NCBI GenBank assembly: GCA_965204495.1
Contig: OZ241989.1
Span: 2,342,605 to 2,406,604, forward strand
DNA length: 64,000 nt
Direction: 5' to 3'
DNA from: Candidatus Hopanoidivoransaceae bacterium
Lineage (GTDB): Bacteria > Actinomycetota > Acidimicrobiia > Acidimicrobiales > Hopanoidiivorantaceae
The position numbers and the translations under genes are program-made. A model generated the notes under the pieces. That model was not told the origin of the DNA and did no database searches. It worked only from the letters and a program-made list of their open reading frames with translations. This document shows, piece by piece, positions 20,992 to 30,913 of this stretch (positions are counted from its first letter, which is position 1; each line of letters begins with the position of its first letter).

Positions 20992-22044
20992 ATGAAGATC
21001 GCCGAACCCAAGACCCCCCCCCACTGCTCATCTGATGCCAGCGTCGCAGCACCTGCCGTTGCCAGCACCGTTGCCGCAACCGCCCCTGCACCTGCCGCCG
21101 CAGCAGCCGCAACCCCTCCCACCAGCAAGACCGAACTCGGCTTCACCCTTCAGACGCTCATCGTCACAGCAGTGTTGGTGCTCGCAGCCACAGGAGTCAC
21201 CGTAGGTCTGCTAGCCGTCAACAGCGCATCCAGCGACGACTTTGAAGAAGCAGGCAAAACAGGGGTAGAAGCACGCTGCCCAGCCCCCAACGAAGTGCAA
21301 GACCCCGAGCTAATCGGCAGAGGCGTGGCAGGTGTCAACAAGACATTCAGAGACATCAAATCCGACAACATCGGATGCAACCCAATCTGCGCCACCTGGG
21401 AATACTACGACCCGGGCCGAGCAGCCGCAGGAATCGGCGGCCCAGAAGGCAACGGCGGCGTATTCAGCAGCAACGAAGGCTGCTTCGCCCCCTGCTACTG
21501 GCAAGCAAAGAAAGGCGCGAACACTTATCGCCCAGACCGTTCCCCCAGCGCTTATTATTTTGTGGCCAACGCAGGGTCTGCTCTGGTCTATGACGACAGC
21601 AACAGAGCACCGGGCAATGCAGAAGTGCGCTTCGGAGTCGTCTACTCAGAGACAACTGCTGCAGGCCAGCGAGATCAGATAAGAGTAAGCGGGGCTGGAA
21701 GAGAAGTAGTAATTTATCTTCCGCTTAACGACAACCAGCGAATACCCGTAGGGGCTTACACACACAAACCACTGCTTCCAACCGATGGAAGTTCTGATAG
21801 AACTACAGATCCTTATTACACCGATGGTTATCACGGCATGGGATCTCACGACATTTCTCACTTCTGGGAATGGCATGTAGATCCCAAAGAAGAGAAGTGC
21901 TATGTAATCGACACATCCTTCCCCGACAATCCCACCCGCATAGTATGCACATCAGAGCAGGATTGGTGCGTTGACTCTGGCTACTCTGGAGCTCCTAGCG
22001 ACGGCGGTCGTCCAACAGCCGGCGGCGGCAGATGGGGCTGGTAA
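20992..22044 (+). CDS. Cys-rich secreted protein with prepilin-like N-terminus, paralog 4 (most divergent)
   Basis: The ORF track starts at 20860; the SD supports ATG 20992. The protein reads MKIAEPKTPPHCSSD..., then KTELG-FTLQTLIVTAVLVLAATGV, and carries the shared CxxNE, GCNPIC.TWEY, GGPEGNGG and CFAPCYW motifs and C-terminal VCTSEQDWC. It converges on trkH with a 44-nt spacer. Confidence 0.75.
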   Translation: MKIAEPKTPPHCSSDASVAAPAVASTVAATAPAPAAAAAATPPTSKTELGFTLQTLIVTAVLVLAATGVTVGLLAVNSASSDDFEEAGKTGVEARCPAPNEVQDPELIGRGVAGVNKTFRDIKSDNIGCNPICATWEYYDPGRAAAGIGGPEGNGGVFSSNEGCFAPCYWQAKKGANTYRPDRSPSAYYFVANAGSALVYDDSNRAPGNAEVRFGVVYSETTAAGQRDQIRVSGAGREVVIYLPLNDNQRIPVGAYTHKPLLPTDGSSDRTTDPYYTDGYHGMGSHDISHFWEWHVDPKEEKCYVIDTSFPDNPTRIVCTSEQDWCVDSGYSGAPSDGGRPTAGGGRWGW

Positions 22045-22088
22045 GCACCCCCCACACACCGCCGAAAACCCGCCCTCAAAGCAGCTAA

Positions 22089-23768
22089 TCAGCCCCTGCG
22101 GAGCTTTGCAGCTACTGGGGCGAACATCAGCAGCACAGCTACTATTTCAAGCCTGCCTACTAGCATCAGGGCGGATAGCAGGAGGCGGGCTGGGCGGGTG
22201 AATTCCAAGAAATTGGATGTGGGTCCGGCTTCGCCTAGGGCAGGGCCCATGTTGGACATTGCGCTTATCACTCCGCTCAGGCTGGTGAGGATGTCTGCGC
22301 CCGAAGCGGCTATGAGCGTGGTGCCGGCGGCTATGAAAACCACGAAAAGGGTGGTGTAGCCCAGCACTCTGCGGACTGTCTCTTCGGGCACGATGTCGGT
22401 GCCGGAGCGTATGGGGATGACTGCGTGAGGCTGCAGAGTCTGGCGGATGTTGCGCCAGATGTGATTTGTGGCTATGCGGACACGATAAACCTTGAGACCG
22501 CCCGATGTTGAGCCCACATTGCCTCCCATCACCATCAGCCCTAGCAAGAGCATCTGGGTGGCCGGAATCCAAAGGGCGAAGTCGCCGATGCCGCCTTCAC
22601 GGGCATTAGCGAAACCGCCGCTCGTTCCCATGCTCACCACGCTGAAGAAGCTGTCTCTCAACGACACCGCCCAGCCCGCGCCGCCCCACCAGACATTCAG
22701 GCACCAAGCCAGCAGAAAAACCCCGCCCAGTGCCTTCAAGAAGAACCGCAAGTCGGCCGATTTCGCATAGGGTTTGAAGTCGCCCCGCACGGCTTGATGA
22801 TGAATGGCGAAGTTCACAGCGCACACGAGCAGCCCCGCCGCTATGACTAGCTCCACCCAGACCGAGCCGAAATATCCGATGGAGGAGTTGTAGGGCGAGA
22901 ACCCCCCGATAGCCGCCGTTGAGAAAGCGTGGGCGACCGAATCGTAAAGACTAGGCCCCGGCACCGCAAACAGCAACAGAGCGATGGCCCCGGTGAAACC
23001 GCAATAGAGATACCAGAGCCAGCGGGCAGTCTGCTTGACTCTCGGCTCCAGGCGGTCGGAATCTCCCGGGGCTTCGGCTCCAATGAGCTCCAAACCGCCC
23101 ACCCGCAGGCGGGGCAGCACGCTGACCGCCAGCACCACCATGCCCATCCCCCCGTACCATTGCGTGATCTGTCGCCACATGAGCATCCCCCGCCCGTGCT
23201 GTTCAATGTCGGCCAGCACGGTGGCGCCGGTGCATGAGAATCCAGAGACGGATTCGAACAGCGCGCTGTCCCAGCCAGACCAGCCGAACACCGAAGCGTC
23301 CAGTACATAGGGCAATGCGCCCACCACCGAGCAGATCAGCCAAGTCCAAGCCACTGTTGCGAAGACGGTGCTGCGAGCGGAAAACTCGGTGCCTGAATAT
23401 TCCTTCGGGGTGCTGGAGTAGAACCAAAGCCCCAGACCCAGCCCGCCGCATATTGCCGCCGATGCCAGCAGAGCCACCTCGCCGTGCGAAGTGCTGGATC
23501 CCCACTCCACGAGCGCGGCCAGCACCATCCCCGGGCACAAGAACAGCAGAGAGATGCCGAGCATCTTCATCTGCAAGCTGTCAATGCGCTTCTTGGAAGA
23601 ACCTAGAAGCTGGCCTCTCTCCAGTCGCAGAGACTTCATCAGATCGCGAAGAGGCGCCTTGACCCTGCTCGCCAGTCTGAAAGCTTCCGTCATGCCCCTG
23701 ATTTCGCTCGCCGGAGCCTCGGCTGGCCTTTCGTCCATCTCCTGCTCGCTCGTCTCATGCTCGCTCAT
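22089..23768 (-). CDS. trkH: Trk/Ktr-type K+ uptake membrane subunit TrkH (copy 1)
   Basis: Polytopic membrane protein with repeated pore-like GF..TG/SGGF segments (SGFSCTGATV, GGFSPYNSS, GTSGGFAN, GSTSGGLKV). C-terminus ...NMGPALGEAGPTSNFLEFTRPARLLLSALMLVGRLEIVAVLLMF. I start at ATG 23768 (MSEHETSE...), which makes an ATGA overlap with the upstream trkH stop. The ORF track extends to 23891. Confidence 0.9.
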   Translation of the reverse strand: MSEHETSEQEMDERPAEAPASEIRGMTEAFRLASRVKAPLRDLMKSLRLERGQLLGSSKKRIDSLQMKMLGISLLFLCPGMVLAALVEWGSSTSHGEVALLASAAICGGLGLGLWFYSSTPKEYSGTEFSARSTVFATVAWTWLICSVVGALPYVLDASVFGWSGWDSALFESVSGFSCTGATVLADIEQHGRGMLMWRQITQWYGGMGMVVLAVSVLPRLRVGGLELIGAEAPGDSDRLEPRVKQTARWLWYLYCGFTGAIALLLFAVPGPSLYDSVAHAFSTAAIGGFSPYNSSIGYFGSVWVELVIAAGLLVCAVNFAIHHQAVRGDFKPYAKSADLRFFLKALGGVFLLAWCLNVWWGGAGWAVSLRDSFFSVVSMGTSGGFANAREGGIGDFALWIPATQMLLLGLMVMGGNVGSTSGGLKVYRVRIATNHIWRNIRQTLQPHAVIPIRSGTDIVPEETVRRVLGYTTLFVVFIAAGTTLIAASGADILTSLSGVISAMSNMGPALGEAGPTSNFLEFTRPARLLLSALMLVGRLEIVAVLLMFAPVAAKLRRG

Positions 23769-25222
23769 CGCCGCAGCCACCTTATTTTCGTCATCAGAGT
23801 TCCGAAGATGATGAAGACGGGATAGACGAAAAGCCGCCCCACGAACATCAGCACGGCGAGCAAAACTTGTTCGGGCCGCGACAGCGACCATATATCCGTG
23901 GCGGGTGAAAGGTCTCCCAATGCTGGCCCCATCGTGGCGAGCGCGCTGACCGAAGCAGAGATGGAAGTAACCACATCTGTGCCGAAACAGGCCAGCCCGA
24001 AAGCCCCTAGCCCCACAGCGGCCAGATACAGAAACTGAAAAGCCTGCATCCTGGCCAGAGGCTCTTCGCCCAAGAAGTCGTGGCGAGATTGCGTGCGACT
24101 GGCCGAGGCAGCATAGCCTCGCACTTCCCTAGCCAAATAATGCGCCGCTTCTGTGGCTCGCAAAATCTGGAATCCCCCGCTGGCCGACCCCACCATCGCG
24201 CCTGTGGCGATGAGCAGCAGAATGAGCATCTGCAGCCCCACTCCCCAATCCCCCCAATCCGCCAATCGGAAGCCTGTGGTGCTGACGGCTGAAGCAACGC
24301 TGAAGAGGGCGTGGCGCAGACGCTCGCCGAAACCTGCCACATCAGCCCAGATCAAGCACACCGCAGAAGCCGCCACGACCAGCCCTGCATACACCTTGAA
24401 CTCCAGCGACCGCCAAAGCGATCCCGGCGAACCCCGCAGAGACTTGAACAGCAAAGCCCCGTTGATGCCAGCCAAGAACATCCCCGCTATTGCTACCCAC
24501 TGAACCGCCGAACTTCCGAAGAACCCCGCCGAGTAGTTGCTGAAGCCCCCGGTTGAGACAGTGGTGCCGGAGTGGGTTATTCCGTCAAAAATCCCCATGC
24601 CTGCCGCCCAATATGCCGCCGCCAAAACCGCAGTGAGCCCGCAATAGAGCTTCAGGAACGACATGAAATCGTCATCGCTGCGGTGCTTCTGGAACCGCGC
24701 GGCATTCAACGAAACCCTGCCATCGCCGCCGCCGCTCTTGAACATGGGAATAAGCAGCAGAGCGAAGCTGATCGCTCCCAAGCCGCCCAGCCACTGCGTG
24801 CCCGCCCGCCAGAACAGCACGGTTCTGCTTAAGTCTTCAGGGCGGGCGATCACGCTGAAGCCGGTGGTGCAGAACCCGGCCACCGACTCCACAATGGCTT
24901 TGTCTATCTGACGCAGAGTGCCCGAAAGCACATAGAACAGAGCAGACACGGCGATCATCACCAGCCAAGTCAGCCCTGCAGCCACAAACACTTCCCTCTT
25001 CGGCACAGCAGCAGGCAGCGCATACCACCAGCTGCCTGCGAGCCCCGCGATGCAAATCGCAATTCCCATGAGAAGCCCGAGCAGAGCGTCTCCCCCGTCG
25101 TCTGCGCTGCCGACTAGACCGGCCAGTACCATCATGGCCCCTGCGAAGATCATGCAGCGGCTTATGAGCGCCCGATAAAACTCAACCTTCGCCCGCCGAG
25201 ACGCAGGAAGCTTGATCAGCAA
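23765..25222 (-). CDS. trkH: Trk/Ktr-type K+ uptake membrane subunit TrkH (copy 2)
   Basis: 485 aa with the same architecture (AGFCTTGFSV, VSTGGFSNYS, AVSTTGFRL, GSASGGFQI; C-terminus ...ATMGPALGDLSP...LLAVLMFVGRL). Lies downstream of trkA. Confidence 0.9.
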   Translation of the reverse strand: MLIKLPASRRAKVEFYRALISRCMIFAGAMMVLAGLVGSADDGGDALLGLLMGIAICIAGLAGSWWYALPAAVPKREVFVAAGLTWLVMIAVSALFYVLSGTLRQIDKAIVESVAGFCTTGFSVIARPEDLSRTVLFWRAGTQWLGGLGAISFALLLIPMFKSGGGDGRVSLNAARFQKHRSDDDFMSFLKLYCGLTAVLAAAYWAAGMGIFDGITHSGTTVSTGGFSNYSAGFFGSSAVQWVAIAGMFLAGINGALLFKSLRGSPGSLWRSLEFKVYAGLVVAASAVCLIWADVAGFGERLRHALFSVASAVSTTGFRLADWGDWGVGLQMLILLLIATGAMVGSASGGFQILRATEAAHYLAREVRGYAASASRTQSRHDFLGEEPLARMQAFQFLYLAAVGLGAFGLACFGTDVVTSISASVSALATMGPALGDLSPATDIWSLSRPEQVLLAVLMFVGRLFVYPVFIIFGTLMTKIRWLRR

Positions 25223-25301
25223 AGAATGTCCTTCTTCAGGAGGCAGTTGACATTCGGGAGGGAGCGGGCGTTCAGACGGCGGGTATTCAGGCAGCTGGCA
25301 T

Positions 25302-26762
25302 TCAGGAGGCAGCAGGCGAGCAGAAGTACTTGGACACCGTGTCTATGTCGTCGTATTTGGCGAAGACCACCAGATGGTCGCCCTCGCGCAGCATGATTTC
25401 GCCCCTGGCGATGACGGCTTTCTGTCCGTTTCTGACCATCGCGCCCACTAGAAACTTCTTGCCGAATCCTATGTCTTTGATGAGCTGCCCGTCGGCTTTG
25501 CTGCCTTGCTCTACCGTGTATTCCAACACTTCCACATCCATCGTCAAAAAGGTGGCGACTTTGCTGATGCCTACGGAATTGGCTGCGTCGCTGGCTGCGT
25601 CATCGGCTGACCCGGCTTTGCTGGATGCGAATGCCGGCGTCTTTTCGCTGTCGGAACGGGAAAGCACGAATTTGAGCACTTCGTTGGCTGCTTCGGTGCG
25701 CGGCGAAAAAGCCACATCAATGTCTAGCTGTTCCGCCAGATTTCGCAACGCCACGCTGTGGAGCAAGGTGATCGTCTCTCGCACATCTTTGGACTTGGCG
25801 TAGAGACACGCCATGATGTTCGTTTCGTCTTGACCGGTGAGGGCCAGCACTGCGTCAAAGCGATCCATCGGGAGGGTGTCCAAGAAGTCCATCTCGGTCA
25901 CATCGCCTTGGAGCAGCATGACCTCTTTCGGCAGCGACTTGAGGAGTTGAGCGACGCGCTCTTCCTTTTTTTCCACGAGGCGCACCAGCAGGCCTTTTTC
26001 GGCCAGACGGGTCGCCAAGGATTCGCCGGTGCGTCCGCCGCCGATGATGAGGATGCGGCGGTGGCGAGTGTCTTCCAAGCCGAGATCGGCCATGAACTCG
26101 GGCACTCTGTCGGCGAGACAGACTGCTCTTACGATGTCGCCTGCCATGATGACGGCTTCCCGCCGAGGTATGTGGGTTTCATCGCCTCTGGAGATGGCGC
26201 CTACCAGATAGGGCCATTCGGGTTCGTAGTCTTCGGCGAGTTTGGAGAGTTCCAAATCTGCGAGGCGGGAGTTTTCGTTCACTTGCGCGCCGAGCATCAA
26301 AACCTCGCCGTCGCCCATGATGGCGTGTTCGGCCACGCCCGGATAGCCGAAGTCCAGCAGATCTTCTATGGCTGCGGCTACGGCTTGGTCGGGATCTACG
26401 ACTAGCTCTATGCCGACTTCTTCTATGAGCTTGCTGGCTGTGTTGTTGTTGGCAGGGTTGAGATTTTTCGCTTCTATGCGGGCGACTCGCTTCTCCACTC
26501 CTGCGAGCCGGGCGGCGAGGCAGGCGAGAATGTTGACTGAGTCAGATTTGGTGACTGCTATGAGCATGGAAGCTTTGCGCAACCCGGCTTGCTCCAAGAC
26601 TTCAGGGTGCGACCCGTTGCCTTGCACCACGAGCACATTGTGCTGATCCAGCCGCTTGCATCTGGCTGGGTCTAGCTCTATCACGGCCACATCGTGATCC
26701 TCGCTGAGGAGATTGGCGATGTGCGTGCCGACTTCGCCTGCGCCCACGATTATTATTCGCAT
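25302..26762 (-). CDS. trkA: Trk system NAD-binding peripheral subunit TrkA (two RCK N/C tandems)
   Basis: 486 aa. MRIIIVGAGEVGTHIANLL and RRILIIGGGRTGESLATRL are two Rossmann GxGxxG motifs, each followed by a TrkA-C-like segment. Adjacent to the trkH genes. Confidence 0.9.
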   Translation of the reverse strand: MRIIIVGAGEVGTHIANLLSEDHDVAVIELDPARCKRLDQHNVLVVQGNGSHPEVLEQAGLRKASMLIAVTKSDSVNILACLAARLAGVEKRVARIEAKNLNPANNNTASKLIEEVGIELVVDPDQAVAAAIEDLLDFGYPGVAEHAIMGDGEVLMLGAQVNENSRLADLELSKLAEDYEPEWPYLVGAISRGDETHIPRREAVIMAGDIVRAVCLADRVPEFMADLGLEDTRHRRILIIGGGRTGESLATRLAEKGLLVRLVEKKEERVAQLLKSLPKEVMLLQGDVTEMDFLDTLPMDRFDAVLALTGQDETNIMACLYAKSKDVRETITLLHSVALRNLAEQLDIDVAFSPRTEAANEVLKFVLSRSDSEKTPAFASSKAGSADDAASDAANSVGISKVATFLTMDVEVLEYTVEQGSKADGQLIKDIGFGKKFLVGAMVRNGQKAVIARGEIMLREGDHLVVFAKYDDIDTVSKYFCSPAAS

Positions 26763-26774
26763 GTTTCTGCCTCC

Positions 26775-27437
26775 TCAGCCGCGCCAACGAATTCCTGCAG
26801 GGGAGACGACAGCGTCCATAGGGATATCGCGGTCTTTGGCAGCTAAGGGCGAGTCCTGTAATGCGTCTGTTATCTGAAAGTCGTGACAGATGCCGAACAG
26901 CACGGGCGGGCGAGGGCGCGAACCTTCGGTCAGGAATGCCAAAGCTTTGTCGTAGTAGCCTTTGCCGCGCCCGATGCGACTGCCGTCTTTGCCGAATGCC
27001 ACTCCCGGCACTAAGGCTGCGTCGCAGTTTTCTATGGCGATTTCTTTTCCGCCTGCAGGCTCGGGGATGCCGAAGGCGCCTTTCGCCCAAGGAGTGTCCG
27101 GCAGCCATTCTACGAAAGCGATGCGAAGAGGGGTTCGGGCGGATGGCGCATCTTCCAGCATCACTGGGGAAAACACCCGCTTGCCAGCTTCCTGCGCCCA
27201 GCGTGCTACATCGCTCACATCAACCTCGCCATCGGTAGCAGCATAGACGGCCAGTGTCGCAGCCTCTTGGATCACAGGTTCTGCCAGCAGCAGATTTTTG
27301 ACAGCCAAAGCAGTCTCGCAAGCCTCACGGGTGTCGACCTCACGGCGCAGACCACGCATGAGCGAGCGGAATTCAGGATGCTGCGGATTAGGCGAATCCA
27401 GTCTCTCGTCCACAGCACAAGTCGCAACAGATGCCAC
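26775..27437 (-). CDS. 5-formyltetrahydrofolate cyclo-ligase family protein
   Basis: 220 aa. AVYAATDGEVDVSDV...ALVPGVAFGKDGSRIGRGKGYYDKAL matches the MTHFS G.G.GYYD motif. Confidence 0.75.
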   Translation of the reverse strand: MASVATCAVDERLDSPNPQHPEFRSLMRGLRREVDTREACETALAVKNLLLAEPVIQEAATLAVYAATDGEVDVSDVARWAQEAGKRVFSPVMLEDAPSARTPLRIAFVEWLPDTPWAKGAFGIPEPAGGKEIAIENCDAALVPGVAFGKDGSRIGRGKGYYDKALAFLTEGSRPRPPVLFGICHDFQITDALQDSPLAAKDRDIPMDAVVSPAGIRWRG

Positions 27438-27520
27438 TAATTCAGTAGCCTACCTTAACTGAGCCATAAACTTAGCAAGGTTGCATAACCCGAACGCAAA
27501 ACCCAACCGGAGGAAAACTC

Positions 27521-29638
27521 GTGAGCATCGTTCCCTATCTGTCAGGCGCCAGCGCGATATTCGCATTGCTGCTGGCTGTGTATTTCTACCGAGTCGTCAA
27601 AGCGGCCGATGTCGGCACGCCGCAGATGTCTCAGATCATGTCGGCCATTCAGCAAGGCAGCCGTGCGTTCTTGCGCCGTGAATACACCTGGGTCGCAGGC
27701 TTCGTGGTGATCATGGTCGTGCTGATCCTCATCTTCTTGGACTGGGGCCGCCCTTGGGGTGCATTGGCATATTTGGGCGGGGCCGTGCTGTCGGCCCTAG
27801 CTGGCTGGGCCGGGATGACGGTGGCGACAATGGCCAACGCCCGCACAGCCAACGCAGCCCGACATGGCCCGCAGAAAGCCCTGCCTCTGGCTTTCCGAGG
27901 CGGCGCGGTGATGGGCTTTTCGGTAGCCGGGCTGAGCCTGCTGGGGCTTTCGTTCGCTTATCTGCTGTTCGTGGAATGGCTGGAGGTTGACGATGCCATC
28001 CAAGTGGTGACAGCCTTCGGCTTGGGGGCCAGCTCCATCGCTCTGTTCAGCAGAGTGGGCGGCGGCATCTACACCAAAGCCGCCGATGTGGGGGCCGACC
28101 TAGTGGGCAAAGTGGAAGCAGGCATCCCCGAAGACGACCCCCGCAACCCCGCCACCATCGCCGACAATGTGGGCGACAATGTGGGCGATGTGGCAGGCAT
28201 GGGAGCGGATCTGTTTGAAAGCTACTCAGGCTCGCTGATTGCGCCGATGGCGTATCTGGTGTTCGCGGCTGTGTCGGTGGATGCCGGTTTTGACATAACA
28301 GCCAGCACAGATTTTCGCAATGTGCTGCTGTTCCCCTTCCTCGTGGCTTTCTGCGGCATGATCGCATCCGTCATCGGCGCGCTCATCGTGCGTAGCGGGC
28401 CGAGCTCGGATGTCCACAGTCTCTCGCGCGCTCTGCACCGAGGCACCAACTTGGCGATGTTCCTGACCATCGGCGGCGTGTTCTTGACTAGCGCGATAGT
28501 CTTTGACGGCAACGCTTCGTGGGCTTTGCCGCTCGCTGTCGTGTGCGGAATTCTGGCTGGCTACCACATCGGAAAAGTAGCAGAGTTCTGGACGAGCGAC
28601 CACTATAAACCCGTGCGCTCTATCGCCCAGCAAGCCGAAACAGGCCCCGCCACGACAGTGCTTTCAGGCATATCGGCGGGCATGTTTTCTGTGGCTGCTT
28701 CCGTGCTGCTGATAGCCACTGCTGTCGGGCTGGCATGGTGGGCCGGCGACACAGCATTGGGCGGCATGATTCCCGGCTTGCCCGGGGGCGAGTTCAGCGG
28801 CGGCATCTACGGCGTGGCTATCTCAGCCATCGGAATGCTCGCCACCACAGGTGTGATAGTGGCAGTGGATGCCTACGGGCCAATTGCCGACAACGCAGGC
28901 GGCATCGCAGAAATGGCGGACTTGCCTTCGGAAGTGCGAGAAGTCACCGACTCTTTGGATTCCCTAGGCAACACCACAGCAGCCGTGGCAAAAGGCTTCG
29001 CCGTTGGCTCCGCTGCTGTTACAGCTTTGGCTCTGTTCAGCGCATTTGAGCAAGCAGTTTTCAGGGAAGAGGGATTCTTAAACCTAGACCTCACCCAGCT
29101 TGATGTGTTCATCGGCCTGTTCTTAGGGGCGATGCTGCCGTTCTTGTTCGCCTCGCTCACCATAGATGCAGTAGGCCGCGCAGCCAACCGCATGATTGAA
29201 GAGGTGCGGCGGCAATTCCGAGAAATACCAGGCCTGCGAGAAGGCCAACCCGGCGTGCAGCCCGATTCCGCCCGCTGCGTAGACATCTCAACAAAAGCAT
29301 CTCTCCGCGAAATGCTGCTGCCCGGCGGTCTGGCAGTCTTCGTGCCCCTAATCATCGGCTTCATAGACGAAGACGCTCTAGGCGGTTTCCTAGCAGGCGC
29401 GCTAGTAACAGGCTTCGCCCTGGCGATCTACATGTCAAACGCAGGCGGCGCCTGGGACAACGCCAAGAAATACATAGAAGCAGGCCACCACGGAGGCAAA
29501 GGCTCAGAAGCCCACAAAGCAGCCGTAGTAGGCGACACCGTAGGCGACCCCTTCAAAGACACCGCCGGCCCCTCCATGAACATCCTAATCAAAGTAATGA
29601 CAATAGTATCCCTAATCTTCGCCTCAGCCTTCGTCTAG
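27521..29638 (+). CDS. hppA: Membrane-bound pyrophosphate-energised cation pump (H+/Na+-PPase)
   Basis: 705 aa with a GTG start preceded by GGAGGA. Carries the hallmark motifs [67 protein letters not shown] and [21 protein letters not shown]. Confidence 0.95.
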   Translation: MSIVPYLSGASAIFALLLAVYFYRVVKAADVGTPQMSQIMSAIQQGSRAFLRREYTWVAGFVVIMVVLILIFLDWGRPWGALAYLGGAVLSALAGWAGMTVATMANARTANAARHGPQKALPLAFRGGAVMGFSVAGLSLLGLSFAYLLFVEWLEVDDAIQVVTAFGLGASSIALFSRVGGGIYTKAADVGADLVGKVEAGIPEDDPRNPATIADNVGDNVGDVAGMGADLFESYSGSLIAPMAYLVFAAVSVDAGFDITASTDFRNVLLFPFLVAFCGMIASVIGALIVRSGPSSDVHSLSRALHRGTNLAMFLTIGGVFLTSAIVFDGNASWALPLAVVCGILAGYHIGKVAEFWTSDHYKPVRSIAQQAETGPATTVLSGISAGMFSVAASVLLIATAVGLAWWAGDTALGGMIPGLPGGEFSGGIYGVAISAIGMLATTGVIVAVDAYGPIADNAGGIAEMADLPSEVREVTDSLDSLGNTTAAVAKGFAVGSAAVTALALFSAFEQAVFREEGFLNLDLTQLDVFIGLFLGAMLPFLFASLTIDAVGRAANRMIEEVRRQFREIPGLREGQPGVQPDSARCVDISTKASLREMLLPGGLAVFVPLIIGFIDEDALGGFLAGALVTGFALAIYMSNAGGAWDNAKKYIEAGHHGGKGSEAHKAAVVGDTVGDPFKDTAGPSMNILIKVMTIVSLIFASAFV

Positions 29639-29793
29639 AAACTTCGGCTTTCGTCAAAAACTTACGCTGAGATCGGCCCTCAGCGGTCTTCGCCTAGGAG
29701 AGCACTCTCTGCTCCCAATCGGCCTAGGGATTTCTTCTATGAGTCCGCCTTTTCGTCCGCTAGTCTGTTTCCCGATTTCAAGGCTTTTTGGCG

Positions 29794-30303
29794 CTATACC
29801 GTGTCAGAGACATGGGATATGAAATCTTGGAAGAAGGCAGGCGGTTTCATAGTGGGATACGCCTCGGCGAACAATTCGGATAGTCCGGCTTTGGAAGTTA
29901 TGCCTGTTGCCCTGGCTAGCAGTATGGCATCTTTTTTGTCTCTGTCTCTTGATGCGGCTATCTTCATCGCCAGCAGCGACCTCTCATCTGGAGTCTCCAC
30001 GATCAGCTTCCTGCCTGAGAACACTCTTCGCAAATTCAAAGCTATTCCTGTAGGCAGACATCCTGCCGCGTTGTCGTTCATCCACCAATAGTCGAGCCCG
30101 TGCTTCTTGCCGACATTGGCTACGGCGACTTTGAGATATGCGGGGAGAATATCCGATACCACATCTACATCTTGCGTTCTTCTGTCGTGCCACAAAAACA
30201 TCAAAGAAGCCCCGCCGCCTATCACGATCTCTGTGAACGGCGCGTCTGCCAGTTCTTTGTCCAAATCTTCCAGCAGCTTATCTAGCTTGTTTTTGCCAAA
30301 CAT
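29794..30303 (-). CDS. Nucleotidyltransferase-fold protein, paralog of 10534..11073
   Basis: 169 aa. EIVIGGGASLMFLWHDRRTQDVDVVSD, YWWMNDNAAG, RRVFSGRKLIVETPDERSLLAMKIAASRDRDKKDA. Its 3' flank (~29700-29760) resembles the flank at 10413-10460. Confidence 0.65.
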   Translation of the reverse strand: MFGKNKLDKLLEDLDKELADAPFTEIVIGGGASLMFLWHDRRTQDVDVVSDILPAYLKVAVANVGKKHGLDYWWMNDNAAGCLPTGIALNLRRVFSGRKLIVETPDERSLLAMKIAASRDRDKKDAILLARATGITSKAGLSELFAEAYPTMKPPAFFQDFISHVSDTV

Positions 30304-30748
30304 CTCTGATGGCCTCCATTGTGCCCATTTTGCGGAAGGTGCTGTTGAGAAGCTCTGCTTCGAAATACACGCCGTGCTGTTCGCAAACGGGAGGTGCTGA
30401 ACTTTTGACAGCCTTGCCGAAAGCTGTGTCCAGGGAACATCCCGACAGTGTGGATTCAGGCGAGACTTTCACGCTTTTCGCCCATGACGGCAACTCCAGT
30501 CCGTCTCTGTCGCACAAAGCGTGAACCACCGACGCGGTGGCCGCCAGCAGAAACGGGTCTGCGTCTTGGGGCGGCTCGCCGGTAAGCATTTCCTCGCGGC
30601 AGAGCGGTTTGCTGTTCCAGTCGTCTACGAACTGAATCAAAGGTCGAGTGATCATCAGCGAATCCGCTGTCAGCATCTCGGCGATCATGTCGCCAGCGGC
30701 GACGAACTCCGGGTCGCAGGTTTCGGTCTCGGACGCTGCTTGTGCCAT
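30278..30748 (-). CDS. Partner protein of the NTase-fold protein, paralog of 11077..11598
   Basis: The ORF track starts at 30799. Alignment with the paralog suggests ATG 30748 (MAQAASETETCDPEFVAAGDMIAEMLTADSLMITRPLIQFVDDWN...). It overlaps the downstream gene by 26 nt. Confidence 0.6.
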   Translation of the reverse strand: MAQAASETETCDPEFVAAGDMIAEMLTADSLMITRPLIQFVDDWNSKPLCREEMLTGEPPQDADPFLLAATASVVHALCDRDGLELPSWAKSVKVSPESTLSGCSLDTAFGKAVKSSAPPVCEQHGVYFEAELLNSTFRKMGTMEAIRDVWQKQAR

Positions 30749-30913
30749 GTTTTCTAGTTTATCGCAGACACCAGACTTGACGAGCACAGCAAGCTCCAAA
30801 ATTTACCCCGCTGCTGGTGTTGCATTCTGGAAATTCGCTGGTATAGTAGTTTCCCCTGCGGGTGGTGTAGCCTGACTGCATCACCTGCCAAACAAATTAG
30901 AAAGGAGAAAAAT

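Noticed and set aside
6492-22044. Shufflon, DGR or pilE/pilS-type antigenic variation for the pilin-like family
   Set aside because: There is no reverse transcriptase or template repeat, so it is not a DGR. There are no inverted sfx-like repeats or Rci-type recombinase, so it is not a shufflon. All four copies carry their own promoter and start, so they are not silent cassettes. Homologous exchange between copies remains possible.
22045-22226. A tRNA or tmRNA gene as the integration target next to trkH
   Set aside because: I could not find any tRNA-like sequence (no T-loop GGTTCGAAT-type motif with matching acceptor stem) here or elsewhere in the window. The repeated segment is clearly trkH coding sequence.
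22089-23891. 600-aa form of trkH copy 1 overlapping the upstream trkH by 127 nt
   Set aside because: ATG 23768 gives an ATGA junction with the upstream stop, and the extra 41 aa are Arg/Ala-rich with no TM segment. The shorter form is preferred.
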